A stretch of DNA of 64,000 bases, taken from Escherichia coli (GTDB taxonomy: Bacteria; Pseudomonadota; Gammaproteobacteria; Enterobacterales; Enterobacteriaceae). The stretch's first letter is position 1, and the number at the start of each line of letters is the position of its first letter. The stretch lies in the NCBI RefSeq assembly GCF_003334785.1, contig NZ_QOWV01000002.1; one strand, given 5' to 3'. Shown piece after piece: positions 14,438-32,023 of the stretch. Under the pieces are notes generated by a model, which worked only from the letters and a program-made list of their open reading frames with translations, was not told the DNA's origin and did no database searches. The translations under genes and the position numbers were made by a program.

Positions 14438-14460
14438 GAGTGTGTCCTGTTGGGAGTTTA

Positions 14461-14662
<202 letters not shown>

Positions 14663-14670
14663 TCTCAATA

Positions 14671-16956
14671 TCAGATCTTACATGCGCCGCTTTCGCAGCC
14701 ATCGTCCTGGATTGACGGCACCAGATCGTCTTGTGCGTCTTCAGCGCCGTCACGGGTGTTCTGATAATACAGTGTTTTGACCCCGAATTTGTAGGCGGTG
14801 AGCAGGTCTTTCAGCAACTGCTGCATCGGCACTTTTCCTGACGGGAAGCGTGACGGATCGTAGTTGGTGTTGGCAGAGATCGACTGATCGATAAATTTCT
14901 GCATGATACCCACCAGTTGCAGATAACCATCGTTACCCGGCATTTCCCACAGCAGCTCATAGGCGTCGTGCAGGTGCTCGTAGTCCGGCACCACCTGGCG
15001 CAAAATACCGTCTTTCGACGCTTTGATGCTGACGTAACCGCGCGGCGGTTCAATACCGTTAGTGGCGTTAGAGATCTGCGAAGAAGTCTCGGACGGCATC
15101 AGAGCAGAAAGCGTGGAGTTACGCAGACCGTGCGTTTTGATTGACTCACGCAGAGCTTCCCAGTCGTAATGCAGCGGCTCATTAGCGATGGTATCCAGAT
15201 CTTTCTTATAGGTATCGATCGGCAGGATCCCTTTCGCGTAAGTGGTTTCGTTAAACCACGGGCACGCGCCTTGCTCTTTCGCCAGCTCATTAGAGGCTTT
15301 CAGCAGGTAATACTGAATGGCTTCGAAGGTTTTATGCGTCAGGTTGTTGGCGCTGCCGTCGGAGTAGCGTTTACCGTGCTTCGCCAGGTAGTAAGCGAAG
15401 TTGATCACACCAATACCCAGCGTACGACGACCCATCGCTCCACGTTTGGCGGCCGGGATCGGGTAATCCTGATAATCCAGCAGCGCGTCAAGTGCACGAA
15501 CCGCCAGAATTGCCAGCTCTTCCAGTTCATCCAGGTTATTAATTGCGCCCAGGTTGAAAGCAGACAGCGTACACAGCGCGATTTCACCGTTCTCGTCGTT
15601 GACGTCGTTCAGCGGTTTGGTCGGCAGGGCTATCTCCAGGCACAGGTTAGACTGACGCACTGGCGCGATGGCCGGATCAAACGGGCTATGGGTATTGCAG
15701 TGGTCAACGTTCTGAATATAGATACGACCGGTAGACGCACGTTCCTGCATCATCAGCGAGAACAGCTCAACGGCTTTCACACGCTGCTTGCGGATGCTGT
15801 CGTCTTTCTCATATTTGGTATACAGACGTTCAAACTCTTCCTGATCGGCGAAGAACGCGTCGTACAGCCCCGGTACGTCGGACGGGCTGAACAGGGTGAT
15901 ATCTTCACCTTTCAGCAGACGGGTATACATCAGTTTGTTGATTTGTACCCCGTAGTCCATATGACGCACGCGGTTGCCTTCCACACCACGGTTGTTTTTC
16001 AACACCAGCAGGCTTTCCACTTCCAGATGCCACATCGGGTAGAACAGCGTTGCCGCACCGCCGCGCACACCGCCCTGAGAGCAGGATTTCACCGCTGTCT
16101 GGAAATGTTTGTAGAACGGAATGCAGCCGGTATGGAACGCTTCACCACCGCGAATCGGGCTACCCAGCGCACGAATACGCCCGGCGTTGATGCCGATCCC
16201 GGCACGCTGGGAAACGTATTTAACAATCGCGCTGGAGGTGGCGTTGATGGAATCCAGGCTGTCACCGCACTCGATCAGTACGCAGGAGCTGAACTGACGA
16301 GTCGGGGTACGCACGCCGGACATGATTGGCGTCGGCAGCGAAATTTTAAATGTGGAAACCGCGTCGTAAAAACGCTTCACATATTGCAGGCGCGTTTCAC
16401 GCGGGTAGTTCGAGAACAAGCACGCGGCAACTAGAATATAAAGGAACTGGGCGCTCTCATAGATTTCGCCGGTCACGCGGTTCTGTACCAGATATTTGCC
16501 TTCCAGCTGCTTAACGGCAGCATAAGAGAAGGTCATATCACGGTCGTGATCGATAAAGGTGTCCATCTGCTTGAACTCTTCTTCCGTGTAGTCTTCCAGC
16601 AGATGATTATCGTATTTGCCCATCTCGACCATTTTCACCACGTGGTCGTACAGCGCAGGCGGCTCAAACTGGCCGTAGGCTTTTTTACGCAGGTGGAAGA
16701 TCGCCAGGCGCGCGGCGAGATACTGATAATCCGGCGCATCACGGGAGATCAGGTCTGCGGCAGCCTTGATAATGGTTTCGTGGATGTCAGAGGTCTTGAT
16801 ACCGTCATAAAACTGAATGTGGGAGCGCAGCTCGACCTGGGAAATCGAAACGTTATGCAGTCCTTCTGCCGCCCAATCCAGAACGCGATGGATTTTGTCG
16901 AGATTGATGCGCTCTGTGCTACCGTCGCGCTTTGTCACCAGCAGATTCTGATTCAT
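14671..16956 (-). CDS. nrdA: Ribonucleoside-diphosphate reductase 1, alpha subunit (R1)
   Basis: 761-aa ORF with ATP-cone N-terminus ([26 protein letters not shown]…). Confidence 0.97.
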
Positions 16957-17029
16957 GTATGTCGTACCTGTTTTTGGAATTCTTTCCGCAATAGTTTCAT
17001 GCAGACTACCTGTAGTACGGGAAGCTGCT

Positions 17030-17120
17030 TAGAACACTATATATAGGGGGTATGTTTGGGATTCACTGCAAGATAGTGTGAAAATGACCCTCTTGCAAGT
17101 GCATAACTTTGTGGATAACT
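17030..17120 (-). promoter_or_regulatory. nrdAB promoter region: two NrdR-box-like palindromes and a consensus DnaA box
   Basis: acactatatataggg (17034-17048) and cactgcaagatagtgtg (17064-17080) are about 31 bp apart centre to centre; tgtggataa (17110-17118) is the reverse complement of TTATCCACA; all lie 75-165 bp upstream of the nrdA ATG. Confidence 0.5.
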
Positions 17121-17651
17121 CAGGAAGGAAAAAGTGGCTTTCGCGCACCTTAGGTCAGACAAGGTGTCCGGGAAAGTCAATGGGAAGAGAAAAATTTGTT
17201 AAAAATAACTGTTCGGCGATTTCTTGAACGGCATAATAGGTTAGATAAATTGATATAGATGGTTTATTAATCTTTTTGCTAATGATTGCAAAAATTGATC
17301 TAAGCACGAGTCATCACATAATCTGATGTATCAGTTGTGGTCAATATATAAGCGAATGTAAGAGATTGTTGATGGCGAAATGGTTGTTTTCTATTCGGTT
17401 ATTGTTAAATGCTAAGCCATTTTGTTAATTTACCTTATATTATAAGAAAATTATTCATGACTTTAATTTAGTTTAAATATAACTGATATCCCTGAAGGTT
17501 ATTAACTTGAATTATGACGCACTGATATTATTCATCAAATAATAACAAAATAGCCATTGCACCGGGTTGAACAATTTACAAAAGAAAGATATTCCATATC
17601 GTATAATGCGATTAAATACGCCGTCTTATAGAAAATGATGGTTAGATTAAT

Positions 17652-20600
17652 ATGCGGATTATCTTTCTACGCAAGGAGTATTTATCTTTACTCCCGTCAA
17701 TGATTGCATCTCTTTTCTCTGCTAACGGTGTCGCGGCGGTCACTGATTCATGCCAGGGATATGATGTCAAAGCGAGTTGTCAGGCCAGCAGGCAAAGCCT
17801 TTCAGGCATTACGCAGGACTGGAGTATCGCTGATGGGCAATGGCTGGTTTTTTCGGATATGACCAATAACGCCAGCGGTGGGGCCGTATTTTTGCAACAA
17901 GGAGCGGAATTTTCACTATTACCAGAAAATGAAACTGGAATGACTCTGTTTGCCAATAACACCGTTACAGGAGAATATAATAACGGCGGGGCCATATTTG
18001 CTAAAGAAAACTCAACGCTGAATCTTACTGATGTTATTTTTTCCGGTAACGTCGCAGGCGGCTATGGTGGCGCAATCTATTCTTCTGGTACTAACGATAC
18101 TGGTGCCGTCGATTTACGTGTCACTAACGCCATGTTTCGCAATAACATCGCTAATGATGGCAAAGGTGGCGCAATTTATACCATTAATAATGACGTTTAT
18201 TTAAGTGATGTTATTTTTGATAACAACCAGGCATATACATCAACAAGTTACAGTGATGGCGATGGCGGGGCAATCGATGTTACCGATAATAATAGCGACA
18301 GCAAGCATCCTTCAGGTTATACGATAGTAAATAACACTGCCTTTACAAATAACACTGCCGAAGGTTATGGCGGGGCGATATATACCAATAGCGTGACGGC
18401 TCCCTATCTTATTGATATTTCTGTTGATGACAGCTACAGCCAGAACGGAGGCGTGTTAGTCGATGAGAACAATAGCGCAGCAGGCTATGGAGATGGTCCT
18501 TCCTCTGCGGCGGGTGGCTTTATGTATCTCGGCTTAAGTGAAGTTACCTTTGATATTGCCGACGGAAAAACGCTGGTTATTGGCAATACAGAGAATGACG
18601 GAGCTGTTGACTCTATTGCTGGTACCGGGTTAATCACCAAAACAGGTTCCGGCGATCTGGTACTTAATGCAGATAACAATGACTTTACTGGTGAGATGCA
18701 GATTGAAAACGGTGAAGTTACCCTGGGCCGCAGCAACTCCCTGATGAATGTCGGCGATACGCATTGCCAGGACGATCCGCAAGACTGCTACGGTCTGACG
18801 ATAGGGAGTATTGATCAGTATCAGAATCAGGCTGAGCTAAACGTTGGCTCGACCCAACAAACTTTTGTGCACGCATTGACGGGCTTTCAGAATGGCACTT
18901 TAAATATCGATGCTGGTGGCAACGTTACTGTTAATCAGGGCAGTTTTGCTGGCATCATCGAAGGTGCTGGTCAGCTCACCATTGCGCAAAACGGCAGCTA
19001 CGTGCTGGCAGGGGCGCAGTCGATGGCGCTAACCGGCGATATAGTCGTTGATGATGGTGCGGTGCTTTCGCTGGAAGGCGACGCGGCAGATCTTACCGCT
19101 CTCCAGGACGATCCGCAGTCGATCGTGTTAAACGGCGGTGTGCTCGATCTCTCTGATTTCTCCACCTGGCAGAGCGGCACATCATACAACGATGGCCTTG
19201 AAGTCAGTGGCAGCAGCGGAACGGTTATCGGCAGTCAGGATGTGGTAGATCTTGCAGGTGGCGACAATTTGCATATCGGCGGCGACGGGAAAGATGGCGT
19301 CTACGTGGTGGTCGATGCGAGCGACGGGCAGGTAAGTCTGGCAAACAATAATAGTTATTTGGGCACAACACAAATCGCCTCCGGTACGCTGATGGTGAGC
19401 GACAACTCGCAGCTTGGAGATACCCACTATAACCGCCAGGTTATCTTTACCGATAAGCAACAAGAAAGCGTGATGGAGATTACCTCCGACGTTGACACGC
19501 GTTCAGATGCGGCAGGCCACGGACGTGATATTGAAATGCGCGCCGACGGTGAAGTGGCAGTTGATGCGGGGGTAGACACGCAGTGGGGCGCACTGATGGC
19601 TGACAGCAGCGGGCAGCATCAGGATGAGGGTAGCACATTGACTAAAACGGGGGCTGGTACACTGGAGCTGACCGCCAGCGGTACAACGCAGTCGGCGGTA
19701 CGTGTCGAAGAAGGCACCCTGAAAGGTGATGTTGCTGATATCCTTCCTTATGCTTCGTCACTGTGGGTTGGTGATGGGGCAACGTTCGTTACTGGCGCGG
19801 ATCAGGATATTCAGTCAATTGATGCTATTTCCAGCGGCACTATCGACATCAGCGATGGTACGGTTTTGCGCCTGACCGGGCAGGATACTTCCGTCGCCCT
19901 TAATGCCTCACTATTTAACGGCGATGGGACGCTGGTGAATGCCACCGATGGTGTGACGTTGACAGGTGAGCTTAATACCAACCTTGAAACTGACAGCCTG
20001 ACTTATCTTTCCAACGTGACGGTTAATGGCAATCTGACCAATACGTCCGGTGCGGTTAGCCTGCAAAATGGCGTCGCTGGCGATACGCTGACGGTAAACG
20101 GTGATTATACCGGCGGCGGTACGCTACTGCTCGATAGCGAATTAAACGGCGATGACTCGGTAAGCGATCAATTGGTGATGAACGGTAATACTGCTGGCAA
20201 CACAACTGTGGTGGTTAACTCCATTACAGGGATTGGTGAGCCGACATCGACAGGCATTAAAGTGGTTGATTTCGCAGCTGATCCCACGCAGTTTCAAAAC
20301 AATGCGCAGTTCAGTCTGGCAGGCAGCGGCTACGTCAATATGGGAGCGTATGACTACACGCTGGTGGAAGATAACAACGACTGGTATCTGCGATCGCAAG
20401 AAGTAACGCCGCCATCGCCACCTGATCCAGACCCGACTCCCGATCCTGATCCCACGCCGGATCCTGATCCAACACCCGACCCGGAACATACGCCTGCTTA
20501 CCAGCCGGTGTTGAATGCCAAAGTTGGCGGTTATCTCAATAACCTGCGGGCGGCAAATCAGGCGTTTATGATGGAGCGACGCGATCACGCAGGTGGCGAT

Positions 20601-21404
20601 GGTCAGACGCTGAATTTACGTGTTATCGGCGGAGATTATCATTACACAGCAGCGGGGCAACTGGCTCAACATGAAGACACTTCTACGGTGCAACTTAGCG
20701 GCGATCTGTTTAGCGGGCGCTGGGGCACGGATGGCGAGTGGATGCTTGGGATTGTTGGTGGCTACAGCGATAACCAGGGCGACAGCCGCTCGAATATGAC
20801 CGGAACTCGCGCCGATAACCAGAACCACGGTTATGCCGTTGGGCTGACATCAAGCTGGTTTCAGCACGGTAATCAGAAGCAAGGGGCCTGGCTGGATAGC
20901 TGGCTGCAATACGCGTGGTTTAGCAATGATGTTTCCGAACAAGAAGATGGCACAGATCATTACCACTCGTCGGGGATTATCGCCTCGCTGGAGGCGGGGT
21001 ATCAGTGGTTACCGGGGCGTGGTGTGGTGATTGAACCGCAGGCGCAGGTGATTTATCAGGGCGTGCAGCAGGATGATTTTACCGCCGCTAACCGTGCGCG
21101 CGTGTCACAATCGCAGGGTGATGATATTCAGACGCGGCTGGGTTTACACAGCGAATGGCGTACCGCTGTTCATGTCATACCAACATTAGATCTGAATTAT
21201 TATCACGATCCCCATTCGACGGAAATTGAAGAGGATGGCAGCACTATCAGTGACGATGCGGTGAAGCAACGGGGTGAAATAAAAGTGGGAGTCACGGGCA
21301 ATATCAGTCAGCGAGTGTCCCTGCGCGGCAGCGTGGCGTGGCAGAAAGGGAGTGATGATTTTGCCCAGACGGCAGGGTTTTTGTCGATGACGGTGAAATG
21401 GTAA
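17652..21404 (+). CDS. yfaL: Autotransporter (type Va) adhesin with pectate-lyase-like beta-helix passenger and C-terminal beta-barrel
   Basis: 1250-aa ORF; repeated GGAIY beta-helix motifs; Pro/Asp/Thr linker PPSPPDPDPTPDPDPTPDPDPTPDP (about 20404-20490); aromatic-rich C-terminal barrel ending in W. Confidence 0.9.
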   Translation: MRIIFLRKEYLSLLPSMIASLFSANGVAAVTDSCQGYDVKASCQASRQSLSGITQDWSIADGQWLVFSDMTNNASGGAVFLQQGAEFSLLPENETGMTLFANNTVTGEYNNGGAIFAKENSTLNLTDVIFSGNVAGGYGGAIYSSGTNDTGAVDLRVTNAMFRNNIANDGKGGAIYTINNDVYLSDVIFDNNQAYTSTSYSDGDGGAIDVTDNNSDSKHPSGYTIVNNTAFTNNTAEGYGGAIYTNSVTAPYLIDISVDDSYSQNGGVLVDENNSAAGYGDGPSSAAGGFMYLGLSEVTFDIADGKTLVIGNTENDGAVDSIAGTGLITKTGSGDLVLNADNNDFTGEMQIENGEVTLGRSNSLMNVGDTHCQDDPQDCYGLTIGSIDQYQNQAELNVGSTQQTFVHALTGFQNGTLNIDAGGNVTVNQGSFAGIIEGAGQLTIAQNGSYVLAGAQSMALTGDIVVDDGAVLSLEGDAADLTALQDDPQSIVLNGGVLDLSDFSTWQSGTSYNDGLEVSGSSGTVIGSQDVVDLAGGDNLHIGGDGKDGVYVVVDASDGQVSLANNNSYLGTTQIASGTLMVSDNSQLGDTHYNRQVIFTDKQQESVMEITSDVDTRSDAAGHGRDIEMRADGEVAVDAGVDTQWGALMADSSGQHQDEGSTLTKTGAGTLELTASGTTQSAVRVEEGTLKGDVADILPYASSLWVGDGATFVTGADQDIQSIDAISSGTIDISDGTVLRLTGQDTSVALNASLFNGDGTLVNATDGVTLTGELNTNLETDSLTYLSNVTVNGNLTNTSGAVSLQNGVAGDTLTVNGDYTGGGTLLLDSELNGDDSVSDQLVMNGNTAGNTTVVVNSITGIGEPTSTGIKVVDFAADPTQFQNNAQFSLAGSGYVNMGAYDYTLVEDNNDWYLRSQEVTPPSPPDPDPTPDPDPTPDPDPTPDPEHTPAYQPVLNAKVGGYLNNLRAANQAFMMERRDHAGGDGQTLNLRVIGGDYHYTAAGQLAQHEDTSTVQLSGDLFSGRWGTDGEWMLGIVGGYSDNQGDSRSNMTGTRADNQNHGYAVGLTSSWFQHGNQKQGAWLDSWLQYAWFSNDVSEQEDGTDHYHSSGIIASLEAGYQWLPGRGVVIEPQAQVIYQGVQQDDFTAANRARVSQSQGDDIQTRLGLHSEWRTAVHVIPTLDLNYYHDPHSTEIEEDGSTISDDAVKQRGEIKVGVTGNISQRVSLRGSVAWQKGSDDFAQTAGFLSMTVKW

Positions 21405-21416
21405 TCACTGTCTAGT

Positions 21417-21520
<104 letters not shown>

Positions 21521-21531
21521 AAACATCAACC

Positions 21532-22254
21532 TCACTTATTCTGCGTGTGCAGCATATAGTTCACATCCACGCCGGGGCCGAGTTTAAAAGTATTAGTGAT
21601 CGGGTTGTAATGCAGCCCAGTGATATGCCGCTCTTTTAAACTGGTCTGATCCACCCAGCCCAGCAATTCTGCCGGTTTAATAAACTTCTTCACATCATGC
21701 GTGCCTTTGGGCACCATGCGCAAAATATATTCCGCACCAACCACCGCCATCAGCCATGACTTGCCGTTGCGGTTAAGTGTCGAGAAAAAGACATCGCCGC
21801 CTGGTTTCACCAGTTGCGCACAGGCTCTGACCACTGACTGCGGATCGGGGACGTGCTCCAGCATCTCCATGCAGGTCACCACATCATACTGCCCGGCATG
21901 TTTTGCCGCGTGCTCTTCCACGGTTTCCTGCACGTAATCCACCTGAATGCCGCTTTCCAGTGCGTGCAGTTTTGCCACCTGCAATGGCTCAAAGCCCATA
22001 TCCAGACCGGTCACCGTCGCGCCTTCGCGCGCCATACTCTCGGCCAGAATGCCGCCGCCACAACCGACATCGAGCACCTTTTTGCCAAATAAACCGCCAG
22101 CACGCTCGGCAATATAGCCCAGACGCAGCGGGTTAATGCGGTGCAGCGGTTTGAACTCACCTTCCAGATCCCACCAGCGGGAGGCGACGGCTTCAAATTT
22201 AGCGATCTCTTCGTGGTCTACGTTATGGTTTACCGGCGATTTTTCGGCATTCAT
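21532..22254 (-). CDS. ubiG: Ubiquinone biosynthesis O-methyltransferase
   Basis: ORF 21532..22302; start set at [20 protein letters not shown]… (22254); SAM motif VLDVGCGGG; 240 aa. Confidence 0.93.
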
Positions 22255-22400
22255 TGGCACTTCTACTCCGTAATTGGCAAGACAAACGAGTATATCAGGC
22301 ATTGGATGTGAATAAAGCGTATAGGTTTACCTCAAACTGCGCGGCTGTGTTATAATTTGCGACCTTTGAATCCGGGATACAGTAGAGGGATAGCGGTTAG

Positions 22401-25028
22401 ATGAGCGACCTTGCGAGAGAAATTACACCGGTCAACATTGAGGAAGAGCTGAAGAGCTCCTATCTGGATTATGCGATGTCGGTCATTGTTGGCCGTGCGC
22501 TGCCAGATGTCCGAGATGGCCTGAAGCCGGTACACCGTCGCGTACTTTACGCCATGAACGTACTAGGCAATGACTGGAACAAAGCCTATAAAAAATCTGC
22601 CCGTGTCGTTGGTGACGTAATCGGTAAATACCATCCCCATGGTGACTCGGCGGTCTATGACACGATCGTCCGCATGGCGCAGCCATTCTCGCTGCGTTAT
22701 ATGCTGGTAGACGGTCAGGGTAACTTCGGTTCTATCGACGGCGACTCTGCGGCGGCAATGCGTTATACGGAAATCCGTCTGGCGAAAATTGCCCATGAAC
22801 TGATGGCCGATCTCGAAAAAGAGACGGTCGATTTCGTTGATAACTATGACGGCACGGAAAAAATTCCGGACGTCATGCCAACCAAAATTCCTAACCTGCT
22901 GGTGAACGGTTCTTCCGGTATCGCCGTAGGTATGGCAACCAACATCCCGCCGCACAACCTGACGGAAGTCATCAACGGTTGTCTGGCGTATATTGATGAT
23001 GAAGACATCAGCATTGAAGGGCTGATGGAACACATCCCGGGGCCGGACTTCCCGACGGCGGCAATCATTAACGGTCGTCGCGGTATTGAAGAAGCTTACC
23101 GTACCGGTCGCGGCAAGGTGTATATCCGCGCTCGCGCAGAAGTGGAAGTTGACGCCAAAACCGGTCGTGAAACCATTATCGTCCACGAAATTCCGTATCA
23201 GGTAAACAAAGCGCGCCTGATCGAGAAGATTGCGGAACTGGTAAAAGAAAAACGCGTGGAAGGCATCAGCGCGCTGCGTGACGAGTCTGACAAAGACGGT
23301 ATGCGCATCGTGATTGAAGTGAAACGCGATGCGGTCGGTGAAGTTGTGCTCAACAACCTCTACTCCCAGACCCAGTTGCAGGTTTCTTTCGGTATCAACA
23401 TGGTGGCATTGCACCATGGTCAGCCGAAGATCATGAACCTGAAAGACATCATCGCGGCGTTTGTTCGTCACCGCCGTGAAGTGGTGACCCGTCGTACTAT
23501 TTTCGAACTGCGTAAAGCTCGCGATCGTGCTCATATCCTTGAAGCATTAGCCGTGGCGCTGGCGAACATCGACCCGATCATCGAACTGATCCGTCATGCG
23601 CCGACGCCTGCAGAAGCGAAAACTGCGCTGGTTGCTAATCCGTGGCAGCTGGGCAACGTTGCCGCGATGCTCGAACGTGCTGGCGACGATGCTGCGCGTC
23701 CGGAATGGCTGGAGCCAGAGTTCGGCGTGCGTGATGGTCTGTACTACCTGACCGAACAGCAAGCTCAGGCGATTCTGGATCTGCGTTTGCAGAAACTGAC
23801 CGGTCTTGAGCACGAAAAACTGCTCGACGAATACAAAGAGCTGCTGGATCAGATCGCGGAACTGTTGCGTATTCTTGGTAGCGCCGATCGTCTGATGGAA
23901 GTGATCCGTGAAGAGCTGGAGCTGGTTCGTGAACAGTTCGGTGACAAACGTCGTACTGAAATCACCGCCAACAGCGCAGACATCAACCTGGAAGATCTGA
24001 TCACCCAGGAAGATGTGGTCGTGACGCTCTCTCACCAGGGCTACGTTAAGTATCAGCCGCTTTCTGAATACGAAGCGCAGCGTCGTGGCGGGAAAGGTAA
24101 ATCTGCCGCACGTATTAAAGAAGAAGACTTTATCGACCGACTGCTGGTGGCGAACACTCACGACCATATTCTGTGCTTCTCCAGCCGTGGTCGCGTCTAT
24201 TCGATGAAAGTTTATCAGTTGCCGGAAGCCACTCGTGGCGCGCGCGGTCGTCCGATCGTCAACCTGCTGCCGCTGGAGCAGGACGAACGTATCACTGCGA
24301 TCCTGCCAGTGACCGAGTTTGAAGAAGGCGTGAAAGTCTTCATGGCGACCGCTAACGGTACCGTGAAGAAAACTGTCCTCACCGAGTTCAACCGTCTGCG
24401 TACCGCCGGTAAAGTGGCGATCAAACTGGTTGACGGCGATGAGCTGATCGGCGTTGACCTGACCAGCGGCGAAGACGAAGTAATGCTGTTCTCCGCTGAA
24501 GGTAAAGTGGTGCGCTTTAAAGAGTCTTCTGTCCGTGCGATGGGCTGCAACACCACCGGTGTTCGCGGTATTCGCTTAGGTGAAGGCGATAAAGTCGTCT
24601 CTCTGATCGTGCCTCGTGGCGATGGCGCAATCCTCACCGCAACGCAAAACGGTTACGGTAAACGTACCGCAGTGGCGGAATACCCAACCAAGTCGCGTGC
24701 GACGAAAGGGGTTATCTCCATCAAGGTTACCGAACGTAACGGTTTAGTTGTTGGCGCGGTACAGGTAGATGACTGCGACCAGATCATGATGATCACCGAT
24801 GCCGGTACGCTGGTACGTACTCGCGTTTCGGAAATCAGCATCGTGGGCCGTAACACCCAGGGCGTGATCCTCATCCGTACTGCGGAAGATGAAAACGTAG
24901 TGGGTCTGCAACGTGTTGCTGAACCGGTTGACGAGGAAGATCTGGATACCATCGACGGCAGTGCCGCGGAAGGGGACGATGAAATCGCTCCGGAAGTGGA
25001 CGTTGACGACGAGCCAGAAGAAGAATAA
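22401..25028 (+). CDS. gyrA: DNA gyrase subunit A
   Basis: 875-aa ORF; Ser83 (tcg 22647-22649) and Asp87 (gac 22659-22661) are wild-type in the QRDR; acidic C-terminal tail. Confidence 0.98.
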
Positions 25029-25049
25029 TTTTACTTCTTCATGCCAAAA

Positions 25050-25072
25050 GGGAGCTATCTCCCTTGTTTGAA
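25050..25072 (+). terminator. Putative terminator after gyrA
   Basis: gggagctatctccc hairpin followed by ttgttt. Confidence 0.3.
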
Positions 25073-25176
25073 TTGAAAAGTCCAGGCTGCAAAGTCTGGG
25101 CTTTTGTCGTATTAGGGCACGGTAAAGTTTGGCTGTGCCCGTAAAAAATGGCTGGCTATACACAAGGAATGTGGCA

Positions 25177-32023
<6,847 letters not shown>

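Noticed and set aside
15169-16434. 421-aa ORF on the plus strand, antisense inside nrdA
   Set aside because: Lies entirely within the well-supported nrdA CDS on the opposite strand; Arg/Val/Gly-rich low-complexity translation typical of antisense frames of GC-rich genes; no RBS or independent support.
22563-23534. 323-aa ORF antisense to gyrA (also 23547..24167, 24215..24637, 24653..25163)
   Set aside because: All fall inside gyrA on the opposite strand; no independent signals; gyrA identity is unambiguous.
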